Part shown: positions 18,853 to 28,283 of the stretch, in pieces
How positions within the stretch are numbered: the first letter of the stretch is position 1
Layout of the letters: each line of letters starts with the position of its first letter
Origin: Candidatus Nomurabacteria bacterium
GTDB taxonomy: Bacteria > Patescibacteriota > Minisyncoccia > Phycocordibacterales > UBA5272
Assembly (NCBI GenBank): GCA_003518045.1
Contig: DOZK01000021.1
Location: 8,975 to 46,943 of the forward strand
DNA length: 37,969 bases
Direction of reading: 5' to 3'
The notes under the pieces: generated by a model
Told to the model about the DNA's origin: nothing
Databases searched by the model: none
Seen by the model: the letters and a program-made list of their open reading frames with translations, nothing else
Made by a program: the position numbers and the translations under genes

Positions 18853-20096
18853 TATTTTTTATTTTCTAAATTAAAATAAAATCCAAAGGCTGCCACCATA
18901 TAGGCAATAGATGTTGCAAGTGCTGTTCCTGTAAGTCCAAATCTCGGTGTTAAAACATAAACTAAAAAAATGTTTATAAATACAGCGAATCCGAATATAC
19001 CAATCTGATGATGCTGTCTATCACGAGCTCCATACATACCAAGGAAGAAATAATTCATAAACATAAAAGGAATAGATAGTGCGTAGGCCCGCAAAACAAC
19101 AACGGACTCAGCAAATCTTTCACCATATAAAATATGAATAGCTAATGGAGCAAAAACAATTATTCCAAGAGCAATAAGGCTACCCACTAAAAAATAAGAA
19201 GTCATAATTTTATGTAATTTCTTTTTTGATTCTTCATCTTTCTGTGTAGAAATATAAGCCATACGAGAAATAAGGGCAGCAGATAAAACCCCAGCCAGAA
19301 AATTTGGTACTTCTGCTATTTTTACTGCGGCTGAATAAATACCTAATGTATAAGCATTTGAAAATGTTGCAAGAATAAGTTGATCCACCCGAAGAAGTAG
19401 TTGCCAAAAAATAATCGCGATAATACTTAAACGAATAGAATACAAAAAAGAAATTGATTTAAAAAAAGAAGGAATTTCAAATGACTTTAAAAAGTGTTTC
19501 CATTCTGACATTCTAATTAAAATAATTAAAATTAATACACCACCAATTGCAGAATCAACTGCTGCCACAACGACAAAAGAATAAAGTGGGGATTTCAATA
19601 ATACAAGTACAATTTTAATTAAAAGCAGAGATACTGATGACACTATTTGTATCATCGACATAAATCTTGCCCTATCCGTTGCTGTTAAGTACAAAGAAAA
19701 AACACTTAATGAATTAATACATGCTGGTACAAGCATTATACTTATCATAAAGGCAATATCTCTTGGTAAAATAATCCATGCTGAAAATAATCCAAAAATT
19801 GTTAAAAGTAAATAAATAGAAAACTTATACCCTATAAACTGTTGTACATCTCTAAAATGATTATCACTCTTTGCTATTTTCCAAGTAAAATAAAAATCCA
19901 TTCCACCACCGACTGTTAAGAGCGTGCCTACATAATTTTGAACGAAACTATAAAGACCTAAATTAATTGGGCCAAGATAGCGAGTTACAATAATTGCACT
20001 CAAAAATGCAGACCCTTGTACCACAATTTGTGCAAAAGTATACCAAGACAATTGCTTAAAAATATCCTGCTTAAATAAGTTTTTGAATAGATTCAT
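18852..20096 (-). CDS. wzx: Wzx-type oligosaccharide flippase
   Basis: Multi-TM protein; TRYLGP..LG.YS, RVDQLIL, GIYSAAVKI, LYGERF. Confidence 0.85.
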   Translation of the reverse strand: MNLFKNLFKQDIFKQLSWYTFAQIVVQGSAFLSAIIVTRYLGPINLGLYSFVQNYVGTLLTVGGGMDFYFTWKIAKSDNHFRDVQQFIGYKFSIYLLLTIFGLFSAWIILPRDIAFMISIMLVPACINSLSVFSLYLTATDRARFMSMIQIVSSVSLLLIKIVLVLLKSPLYSFVVVAAVDSAIGGVLILIILIRMSEWKHFLKSFEIPSFFKSISFLYSIRLSIIAIIFWQLLLRVDQLILATFSNAYTLGIYSAAVKIAEVPNFLAGVLSAALISRMAYISTQKDEESKKKLHKIMTSYFLVGSLIALGIIVFAPLAIHILYGERFAESVVVLRAYALSIPFMFMNYFFLGMYGARDRQHHQIGIFGFAVFINIFLVYVLTPRFGLTGTALATSIAYMVAAFGFYFNLENKK

Positions 20097-20880
20097 TTTT
20101 GTATAATACCTCTAACCCCTTCCCTATATCATACCCAGTAATTCCTTTTTTAGAAAACTCATATACTAACTGTTTACTAGCTGGTCCGGTTGAAATTAAT
20201 AGTACAGGCTTTTCATCTTTTGGTACAGTCTTTAGTATTTCTTCTATATCACTATAAATTTTGCCATATGAAGCATAGGAATTTTCACTAGGAGTTTCTA
20301 CGAAAAAAACTTTTGTGAAAGGTATATTTTTATTTTCTTTAAAAGCTTGAATACTATTTTTATTACTAACGACTATTAAGTATTTATCCATCAAATATTC
20401 TTCTATATTTTCTTGAAAAAAATTATCATAGTAGAAAGCATGTGCATCTCCATATTTAACATTTTTTGGGAAAGCAATTTTATACATAACTTTAATAGGC
20501 ATCCAAGTATATAAATGTGCTATCCCTTTTTTGGGATCTAGTTTGGCTTCAGTGTTAGTCTCATTAACATAAATTTTAGCAAGACCAATAATATATGGCG
20601 CTGTATCCCTATAATTTTTTATTAATTCTCTAAAAGATTTTTCAAGATTTTTTTCATATCTTTGATAATGAATTCTACCACCATTTATAAGATGCATCTC
20701 CCCCTCATTCAAGCGAAGAAATGACCTTCCCTTTTTTATCTCTTTTACAAATTCTTCTTGATTAAAAAATTTAGTGCCAGCTATAAAAGAACCTTGGAAA
20801 AGATAGAAGCCATAAGCTAAAAGATAAACTGGGTGTTTATAGTATTTTCTTAAAAAATTAAGAATCCTAGAAATCTTCAT
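20071..20880 (-). CDS. GT-D fold glycosyltransferase (DUF1792-like)
   Basis: SFLRLNEGE (cf. RFGDGE), LISTGPASK, YDIGK. Confidence 0.7.
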   Translation of the reverse strand: MKISRILNFLRKYYKHPVYLLAYGFYLFQGSFIAGTKFFNQEEFVKEIKKGRSFLRLNEGEMHLINGGRIHYQRYEKNLEKSFRELIKNYRDTAPYIIGLAKIYVNETNTEAKLDPKKGIAHLYTWMPIKVMYKIAFPKNVKYGDAHAFYYDNFFQENIEEYLMDKYLIVVSNKNSIQAFKENKNIPFTKVFFVETPSENSYASYGKIYSDIEEILKTVPKDEKPVLLISTGPASKQLVYEFSKKGITGYDIGKGLEVLYKNESIQKLI

Positions 20881-20936
20881 ATATAAAGGATTCTATCACA
20901 TTTTTTCTATTAAATATATGATAAAATGAAACTAAT

Positions 20937-21875
20937 ATGAAAAAAGTTGCTCTCATAACTGTAACTTATAATGCAGAAAAAAACTTATCTTTTTTCCTGC
21001 CTTCTCTTATAAAAAATAGAGAAATTTTATCTGGTATATTTTTTGTAGATAATAATTCTAAAGATAAGACTTTAAAAGAGTTAGAAAATTTTAAAGAAAC
21101 TCAAAGAGAAAATTTTGATATTGATATTACTTCAAATGATGAAAATTATGGTTATGCTTATGCTATAAATATGGGAATACAAAAAGCCTTAGAGACTGGA
21201 TATGATTATTTCTGTATTACAAATAATGATTTAATTTTTGAAGAAGGATTTTTCTCGCAAATGTTGGAAGATGCCGTCCATAATAATATAGACGCGCTAG
21301 GTGTGCCAGCTAGTATAAATGAAAATGAATTAGGACTTGGATACAAATTAGATAATGAAACTTTTTTACTAAAAGAAAGTTCGCCACTGTTAAGAAATAA
21401 AATTGCTGAGGAAATATTAAAAAACCCCCTACCTCAAATAGATGCGCCTCATGGCGGAACTATTTTATTTAGTAGATTTTTCTTTGATGAAATTGGGTTA
21501 TATGACCATCATTTATTTTTTGGTGGAGATGAATTAGATTTTTTGTATAGAATTACAGCCCATAATACCGTACACACTCCAAAAATAAAATGTGCTGTAT
21601 CATTGAAATCATTTCTTTTAATTGATAATTTAAGTAAGCATAATTCCGGACACAAAATTATAAAAGCTCGTGGAATGCTTCAAGGAAATGCACGGGTAAA
21701 TTTAAAACATAGATTTACTCCGCTACACATAGGACTATATAAAGAACAACATAAATTAATACGGGGTTTGTCTAAAGGTAAAATTATTAGATATTTAGCT
21801 TTATACTTTTTTGCATTCCGTGGACTATGTATAGAAATATGTAAATATTACTACGAAGCACTTTGGAGGAATTAA
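20937..21875 (+). CDS. Glycosyltransferase family 2
   Basis: ITVTYN, FVDNNSKD, NYGYAYAIN, TNND, GLYD..LFFGGDELD. Confidence 0.88.
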   Translation: MKKVALITVTYNAEKNLSFFLPSLIKNREILSGIFFVDNNSKDKTLKELENFKETQRENFDIDITSNDENYGYAYAINMGIQKALETGYDYFCITNNDLIFEEGFFSQMLEDAVHNNIDALGVPASINENELGLGYKLDNETFLLKESSPLLRNKIAEEILKNPLPQIDAPHGGTILFSRFFFDEIGLYDHHLFFGGDELDFLYRITAHNTVHTPKIKCAVSLKSFLLIDNLSKHNSGHKIIKARGMLQGNARVNLKHRFTPLHIGLYKEQHKLIRGLSKGKIIRYLALYFFAFRGLCIEICKYYYEALWRN

Positions 21876-22891
21876 TTCTTTATAAAGACAGCGCACATAC
21901 CATACATATATCTAGTCGGCGTTTTATTTTTTTGCAAAAATCTTAAATTATGATAGAAAATTACTAATTTCATATATAACCAAGCCGGTATTATACTCAT
22001 AACTTTTTCTTTATACCCCTTCTTCCTAAGATTTATTAAGTGCCCATCTTTATCTACAACCTGTCCTTTATTTGGTGCTGTATTTGCTGTTCCTAAATTA
22101 ACACTCCAGACTTTATTTTTTGTATATTCTGTAAAATCAATAAAAGAAACTACAGCATTATTTTTCATACCAACTTCCTTTATCCCTTTTTCTGTAAACC
22201 ACCACAAATGCTCTGGCGCTGGATTTGTCTCCCAAATAGTACCAGTCGGGTGAATATCTTTTATTGGTGTAGTAATAATTAAGGTACCACCCGGCTTTAA
22301 CATATTCATTATATTTTTAACAAAAAGATTTGGGTCAACAACATGTTCAATAACTTCTGTAGCAACAATGACGTCATAAACAGACAAATGATTTAATGAA
22401 AAATCTTCTACTGTACCTTGAAAAAATTTTTTACCATAAAAATTATTTGCAAAATCAGTGGCAGTATCTGAATAATCAAGTCCTTCACAATCATATCCTG
22501 CTTTATTAAAAGCATAAGTTAAATATCCAAGACCAGAACCAACTTCTAGCATTTTTGCCCCATTATTTATTTTTCTATCTTTAATAGCTTTTATTACACC
22601 CCAAAATATCGCACTATAATTAGAGAGGTCTTTTAATGGATTACTTAATTTCTTTACACCATTGGCTAAATAATAATAGTAATTATAGCCAGCATCTTTA
22701 GTTGTATCACCACCATAAATAATGTCGTATTGCTCTTTCAAATTACTCATTGGGTCAACAAAAGATGACTGACAATTTTTACATTCGTAAACATTAAATT
22801 TTGTACCTTTTACGTAGCCTTCCATCCCACGAAAAGTCATATCTGCGAGTGAATCACAAAGAGTGCATAAATGTTTATTTTCTATATCCAT
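21872..22891 (-). CDS. Class I SAM-dependent methyltransferase with N-terminal Zn-ribbon
   Basis: CTLC...CKNC, LEVGSGLG, EVIEHV, LKPGG. Confidence 0.88.
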   Translation of the reverse strand: MDIENKHLCTLCDSLADMTFRGMEGYVKGTKFNVYECKNCQSSFVDPMSNLKEQYDIIYGGDTTKDAGYNYYYYLANGVKKLSNPLKDLSNYSAIFWGVIKAIKDRKINNGAKMLEVGSGLGYLTYAFNKAGYDCEGLDYSDTATDFANNFYGKKFFQGTVEDFSLNHLSVYDVIVATEVIEHVVDPNLFVKNIMNMLKPGGTLIITTPIKDIHPTGTIWETNPAPEHLWWFTEKGIKEVGMKNNAVVSFIDFTEYTKNKVWSVNLGTANTAPNKGQVVDKDGHLINLRKKGYKEKVMSIIPAWLYMKLVIFYHNLRFLQKNKTPTRYMYGMCAVFIKN

Positions 22892-22989
22892 GGAAAGAAT
22901 AATAGCAATATTTTTATCTTAAACCAAACTATTTCATACATTTTCCATATTTCTTTTAATAGTGCTAATATAGAGTTATATTTTATTTT

Positions 22990-23937
22990 ATGAAGAAAAA
23001 AATTCTTGTTACGGGAGGACTTGGACAGGTTGGATCAGAATTGGTACCTGCACTAGAAAAGAAGTATGGTAAAAATAGCGTGATTATTCTTGATAAAAAA
23101 GAAAACCTGGTTTATAAGGGTTTATATGTTAAGGGTGATGTTGTTAATAAAAAACTTATAGAAGACACCGTAAAAAAATATAAAATTACTGAGATATATC
23201 ATTTGGCCTCTCTTCTTTCTGTTACCGGGGAACAAAATCCAGAACTTGCTTGGTCTGTCAACATTGAAGGACTAAGAAATATTTTAGAATGCGCAAGAAT
23301 ATATAATCTTAAAGTTTTTTGGCCAAGCTCTATAGCTGTATTTGGAATGACAACTCCACAAGATGAAACTCCTCAAAAAACAATTCTTGAGCCAACGACT
23401 ATTTATGGTGTAACTAAAGTCTCTGGTGAACTTCTTTGCCAATATTATTTTAAAAAATATAAAGTAGATGTTAGAAGCGTTCGTTATCCTGGAATAATAA
23501 GTTGGAAGACTCTTCCTGGTGGCGGTACAACTGATTACGCGATAGATATATTTTGGCACGCTCTTAGTACAGGAAATTACACTTGCTTTTTAAATAAAAA
23601 TACGGCTCTTCCAATGATGTATATTGATGATGCCATTAAAGCAACTATCGATATTATGGGGGTTGATGCGAAAAAAATAACAATTCGTACAAGTTATAAT
23701 ATTTCTAGTTTTAGTTGTACTCCAGAATTATTGGCTACGGCAATACGCAAACAAAATATTCCGCTTAAAATGAAACACGCTACTGACATCAGGCAATCAA
23801 TTGCAGACTCTTGGCCAAACTCCATTGATGATAGGCAGGCTAAAAAAGACTGGAAATGGAAACCCGTCTTTGATATTAAAAAAACGGTTAAGGAAATGCT
23901 ATCTGGCGTGACAAAAATGCAAAGCAATAAAAATTAA
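22990..23937 (+). CDS. tdh: L-threonine 3-dehydrogenase (SDR/epimerase type)
   Basis: TGGLGQVG, YGVTK, PGGGTTDYA, RQSIADSWP; adjacent to kbl. Confidence 0.88.
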   Translation: MKKKILVTGGLGQVGSELVPALEKKYGKNSVIILDKKENLVYKGLYVKGDVVNKKLIEDTVKKYKITEIYHLASLLSVTGEQNPELAWSVNIEGLRNILECARIYNLKVFWPSSIAVFGMTTPQDETPQKTILEPTTIYGVTKVSGELLCQYYFKKYKVDVRSVRYPGIISWKTLPGGGTTDYAIDIFWHALSTGNYTCFLNKNTALPMMYIDDAIKATIDIMGVDAKKITIRTSYNISSFSCTPELLATAIRKQNIPLKMKHATDIRQSIADSWPNSIDDRQAKKDWKWKPVFDIKKTVKEMLSGVTKMQSNKN

Positions 23938-23941
23938 AAAC

Positions 23942-25150
23942 ATGTCATATAAAAAAGCACAAAAAATATACGCAGATGTTATTAACGAAATAAAAGAGAG
24001 CGGTTTGTATAAAGATGAATATATAATCACCTCCCCTCAAGGTGGAGAAATATCTGTACAGTTTCCACAAGGCTCAATTAACAAAAATGTTCTTAATTTT
24101 TGTTCAAATAATTATTTAGGATTAGCTTCACATAAGGATGTTATAGCTGCCGCGAAAAATGGATTAGATAATTATGGATTTGGATTAAGCTCTGTACGTT
24201 TTATTTGTGGCACACAAGACCTCCACAAAAAGCTCGAGGAACAGGTCTCTTCATTTTTAGGAAAAGAGGATACTATTTTATTTAGTTCTTGCTTTGATGC
24301 TAACGCTGCTATATTTGAAGTTTTACTTAATGAAGAGGATGCAATTTTTTCTGACCAATTAGTACATGCCTCCATTATCGATGGTGAACGTCTTGCGAAA
24401 AAAGTTGAGCGATTGATTTACCCACACTCTGACATGGTAGAACTCGAAAAAATGCTCGCAAATTCTAATTCAAGAATAAAAATGATTGTTACAGATGGAG
24501 TATTTTCTATGGACGGAGATATGGCAAAATTAGATGAAATAGTGACGCTCGCCGAAAAATATGAAGCGCTAGTTTTTGTAGATGATTCTCATGCTACGGG
24601 ATTAATAGGAAATACTGGTCGTGGTACTCCAGAATATTTTAATGTCATAGATAAAGTAGACATTATCTCTACAACATTTGGGAAGGCATTGGGGGGAGCA
24701 AATGGTGGTTGTATTTCTGGAAAAAAAGAAATTATTTCTCTACTTCGCCAACGAGCAAGACCTTATCTTTTCTCAAATACACTTATGCCAGCTGTTGTTT
24801 CTGCCACAATTAAAGTCTTAGAAATTATAGATAAAGATTTTACTCTTAAAGAAAAACTAATACGAATGTCTGAGTACTGGCGTGCATCATTAATTAATTT
24901 AGGGTTTGATATAAAAAATGGAAATACTCCAATTATTCCTGTTATGCTATATGATGCAAAGCTTGCACAAGATTTTGCCAGAGAACTTTTTAATGAGGGT
25001 GTTTATGTAAGAGGATTTTTTTACCCTGTTGTCGCACAAGGACAAGCTAGAATACGAACGCAGATTTCGGCGTCTCTTACTGAAGAAGATTTAGAAAAAG
25101 CATTATTCGCTTTTAAAAAAGTTGGAATTAAGCTGGGTGTTATTAAATAA
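23942..25150 (+). CDS. kbl: Glycine C-acetyltransferase (2-amino-3-ketobutyrate CoA ligase)
   Basis: NFCSNNYLGL, SVRFICGT, SCFDAN, TFGKALGG, RQRARPYLFSN. Confidence 0.93.
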   Translation: MSYKKAQKIYADVINEIKESGLYKDEYIITSPQGGEISVQFPQGSINKNVLNFCSNNYLGLASHKDVIAAAKNGLDNYGFGLSSVRFICGTQDLHKKLEEQVSSFLGKEDTILFSSCFDANAAIFEVLLNEEDAIFSDQLVHASIIDGERLAKKVERLIYPHSDMVELEKMLANSNSRIKMIVTDGVFSMDGDMAKLDEIVTLAEKYEALVFVDDSHATGLIGNTGRGTPEYFNVIDKVDIISTTFGKALGGANGGCISGKKEIISLLRQRARPYLFSNTLMPAVVSATIKVLEIIDKDFTLKEKLIRMSEYWRASLINLGFDIKNGNTPIIPVMLYDAKLAQDFARELFNEGVYVRGFFYPVVAQGQARIRTQISASLTEEDLEKALFAFKKVGIKLGVIK

Positions 25151-25153
25151 TTT

Positions 25154-25237
25154 TTAAAATTTAAATAAGGACTTAAACCAAGTGATTAGGCGGGTGTCTT
25201 TGGCTTTGATTACAAGGTTTGTTAAAAGGGTTGCACT
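25154..25237 (-). pseudogene. Diverged in-frame duplicate of the last 27 codons plus stop of the lamin-tail gene
   Basis: Translates SATLLTNLVIKAKDTRLITWFKSLFKF*, versus SATLLTNQSSKPKDTRLITWFKSLFKF* at 26891-26974. Confidence 0.8.
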
Positions 25238-25399
25238 TAGAGTTAGAACTCTGGTGAGACTCATAATCATCTTAAAACATGTCTTTTTTTGTATCACTGT
25301 GATACAAAAAATTAAAAAAGTCTTATATTAAGTTAAATTTATAAAAATAACATGAAAAAAAACATTGGAAAATATAGATATTTTACCAAAAAAAGGAAT

Positions 25400-25428
25400 T
25401 TGCTTTTTTTCTGGCAATTTCCTATAAT
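25400..25428 (+). promoter_or_regulatory. Promoter of the ATPase gene (leaderless)
   Basis: TTGCTT-N17-TATAAT, ATG 6 nt downstream. Confidence 0.6.
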
Positions 25429-25434
25429 ATAGGT

Positions 25435-26553
25435 ATGACTACTTTCAATCGCTCAATAGAGCCAAGAATTAAATCATTACTTTTCAAAAAAAGAGCGATT
25501 CTAATTTTTGGTCCACGTCAGGCTGGCAAAACCACATTGGCAAAAAAAATTCTCTCTGAGTTTGGTGATTCTGGAGAATATTTCAACTGTGAAACAGCTA
25601 GTGTACGTAAACACTTTGTTATTGGTAACCCCGATATATTAAAAGAACTCATTGGGAATAAAAAAATTGTTGTTTTTGATGAAGCTCAAACAATTCAAAA
25701 TATAGGAGCTATTTTAAAAGTTTTTATTGACACCTATCCAGATGTACAAATAATAACAACGGGTTCGTCTTCATTTGATCTTGCAAACAAAATAAATGAA
25801 CCTCTAACGGGAAGATCCTTTGAATTTACCTTATACCCTCTTTCTCTTTCAGAAATATGTAAAATAAAAAAAATCTCTAGAGACGAATTTAATGAATACT
25901 TACGTCTGGGTGTTTATCCAGCTATAGTAGGAGAAGATGATGTAAATACACGTGAAAATCTTTTAAAAAACATTACTACAAATTATCTTTATAAAGATGT
26001 ATATATTTTTGAATCAATACGCAACCCACAAATTTTCGAAGATTTATTAAAATTACTAGCATACCAGATCGGACAAATTGTATCTATAAATGAACTCTCT
26101 AAATCACTTGGCACAAGTCGAACAACTGTCCAAAAATATTTAACTCTTTTAGAACAGTCTTATGTTATACAACGAGTGTATTCTTTCTCTCGTAATCATC
26201 GTAACGAGCTAAAGAAAGCTTTTAAAGTTTTTTTCCTTGATACAGGGATTCGTAATGCCATAATAGACGCCCTCGAAACTCCGTTTGAAGACCGTGTCGA
26301 TAAAGGTGTTTTGTTTGAAAATTTTTGTATTGCTGAACAATGGAAAACAGGTTCTCTGGAAACATTCCCACCAAAAATATATTTTTGGAGAACTGATACA
26401 AAACTAGAAATTGATATTATTAAAGTTACCAATCAAAAAATTGAAGCTATAGAATGTAAATGGAGTACTCAAGATGTATCTTTTAAAACATTCTTAAAAA
26501 AATATCCAGCTGCAACCACAAAAGTAATGACTCCTAGTGATTTAATATCTTAA
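25435..26553 (+). CDS. AAA+ ATPase (AAA_14 + DUF4143) with C-terminal nuclease-like motif
   Basis: GPRQAGKT, FDEAQ, TGSSS, EPLTGR, DTGIRN, LFEN, FWRT..EIDI..AIECK. Confidence 0.88.
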   Translation: MTTFNRSIEPRIKSLLFKKRAILIFGPRQAGKTTLAKKILSEFGDSGEYFNCETASVRKHFVIGNPDILKELIGNKKIVVFDEAQTIQNIGAILKVFIDTYPDVQIITTGSSSFDLANKINEPLTGRSFEFTLYPLSLSEICKIKKISRDEFNEYLRLGVYPAIVGEDDVNTRENLLKNITTNYLYKDVYIFESIRNPQIFEDLLKLLAYQIGQIVSINELSKSLGTSRTTVQKYLTLLEQSYVIQRVYSFSRNHRNELKKAFKVFFLDTGIRNAIIDALETPFEDRVDKGVLFENFCIAEQWKTGSLETFPPKIYFWRTDTKLEIDIIKVTNQKIEAIECKWSTQDVSFKTFLKKYPAATTKVMTPSDLIS

Positions 26554-26761
26554 AAAAATTAATGAGGGTTTCTATTATGTGAAGTAGTTAGTTCAACAAC
26601 CATTTCTCCTTTTAATTTAATCTTCATAATCTTATATACACCATATGCAAGATTACATAAGATTATAAGAAAAAAGTAAAGGTTTTGTATGTGTTTTTCT
26701 CTACTTTTTAAGAAAAACCCTTGAATTACAAGGATTTCTTTTTTTCAGTCTTTTTAACAAA

Positions 26762-26874
26762 TTCCAAGGCAAGGCCTTGGAATCAAAGAAATCTAGACAC
26801 TGGATCCCAGGTCAAGCCTGGGATGACACAAACTACGCAGTAACCCGTGCGAACTCCAAGGCCCTGCCTTGGAA
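26762..26874. repeat. Inverted REP-like doublet (TTCCAAGG-N5-CCTTGGAA) enclosing a family A half-element
   Basis: ttccaaggcaaggccttggaa (26762-82) and tccaaggccctgccttggaa (26855-74); gacactggatcccaggtcaagcctgggatgacaca (26796-830). Confidence 0.75.
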
Positions 26875-26890
26875 AAATTGTTTTCCGTTT

Positions 26891-28276
26891 TTAAAATTTA
26901 AATAAGGACTTAAACCAGGTGATTAGGCGGGTGTCTTTTGGTTTACTAGATTGGTTTGTTAGGAGGGTTGCGGAAGAGGAAGATGTTTTAAGTGATGATG
27001 TTCCAAGATTTTGATTAGATAAATACTGTTTTGTAATTATTTTATTTGTAATTAATTTATTTAAAATTTTGGTTGAGGTGCTACTTGGTAATTTTTCTGA
27101 AAGTTGATTTGACGGGATTAAAATAGTTGAAGTAGCAACTCCGGCAACAATACCGATTAAATTTTGATTTAATGAATTCGGTAATGTATAACTGACAACT
27201 TCTTCTAAATTTGGAAATAATATTTTTACAACACTATTTTGATTTATTGTTGTACTAGCAAATCCCATAGCTATACCAGAGAAATGTGTTGTCTCCCCTC
27301 CTAAAATTATTGTATTTTTTGGAAAAGGAAAAGCTTTACCATCAAAAGAAAGTTTCCATTGTGATAAATCTAAATCATAATTATTTGGATTATAAATATC
27401 TACATAAAGACCGTACTTTCCAGTATCTACTTTTGTAATTGCAATGTCTGGTGATACGACACGGATTTTCATACTAGCATTACCCAAAACATGGCCATTA
27501 CCTGCTTCGACTTTTGCTAAATATCTTCCAGGATAAACATAACGATACAAAGTTGTAGTCCCCTCGCCTTGTCCACCATCACCATATGACCAAGAAAAAG
27601 TTAGACCTTCTATATTATTTCCTCCGCGAGTCATTCCGTAAGTTGTAAAATTTGAATCCGCTCCAGCAACTACAGTTTTTTCAAATGGCATGTATAAAAC
27701 AATATCGGGAGATGGCGCGGATTGTGCTTGAATTGTTTGTTGGGTATTTGTTGAGGTTGCATTATTTCCAGAGTCTGAAGAAGTTACGGCTTGATTTTCA
27801 GCGCCTGGAGTTGGGTTACTCGATACAAAACTTCCACTAACCAAAGAAAGCGTAAAAGAATCTTTTGCGGCTGTGTATGATGAAAGAGAATCAACTATCG
27901 AACCAGATAATTTAATATCAATAGATGTAACACCGGTATTAACTAGACCAATTCCACTTTTAAAAAGTGGCCCATTATATGTTGGATAATCTTGTAAAAA
28001 TTTTGTAGACCCGCTAACAATAGAGCCAATAATCGCATAACCACCTGGTGTTAAATTTGTTCCACCTGAGAGCGGTGTTACAGCAATTGCTGTAGCACCT
28101 TTAATGGAAATAGTCATAGCTGAGAGGTCTACACTATTTGCAGTGTTATTAAAAATTTCTATCCATTCACGACCATCATCAACACCTGTTGGATTAGACA
28201 TCACCTCACTAATAATAAGCGCATTTGCTTGAGTTACAGCACTTATAAAAAGTAAAAGTGAGAAAATCTTTTTCAT
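26891..28276 (-). CDS. Secreted/surface protein with lamin-tail and PKD domains, Ser/Thr-rich
   Basis: Signal peptide from Met24 (28276), IISEVMSNP..EWIEIFN, PTPGAEN, WSYGDG, second LTD-like YVDIYN..DLSQW. Confidence 0.8.
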   Translation of the reverse strand: MKKIFSLLLFISAVTQANALIISEVMSNPTGVDDGREWIEIFNNTANSVDLSAMTISIKGATAIAVTPLSGGTNLTPGGYAIIGSIVSGSTKFLQDYPTYNGPLFKSGIGLVNTGVTSIDIKLSGSIVDSLSSYTAAKDSFTLSLVSGSFVSSNPTPGAENQAVTSSDSGNNATSTNTQQTIQAQSAPSPDIVLYMPFEKTVVAGADSNFTTYGMTRGGNNIEGLTFSWSYGDGGQGEGTTTLYRYVYPGRYLAKVEAGNGHVLGNASMKIRVVSPDIAITKVDTGKYGLYVDIYNPNNYDLDLSQWKLSFDGKAFPFPKNTIILGGETTHFSGIAMGFASTTINQNSVVKILFPNLEEVVSYTLPNSLNQNLIGIVAGVATSTILIPSNQLSEKLPSSTSTKILNKLITNKIITKQYLSNQNLGTSSLKTSSSSATLLTNQSSKPKDTRLITWFKSLFKF

Positions 28277-28283
28277 TTTAAAA

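Noticed and set aside
25154..26974. Diversity-generating retroelement TR/VR pair
   Set aside because: Mismatches are not confined to adenines on either strand, several are synonymous, and no reverse transcriptase is in the window.
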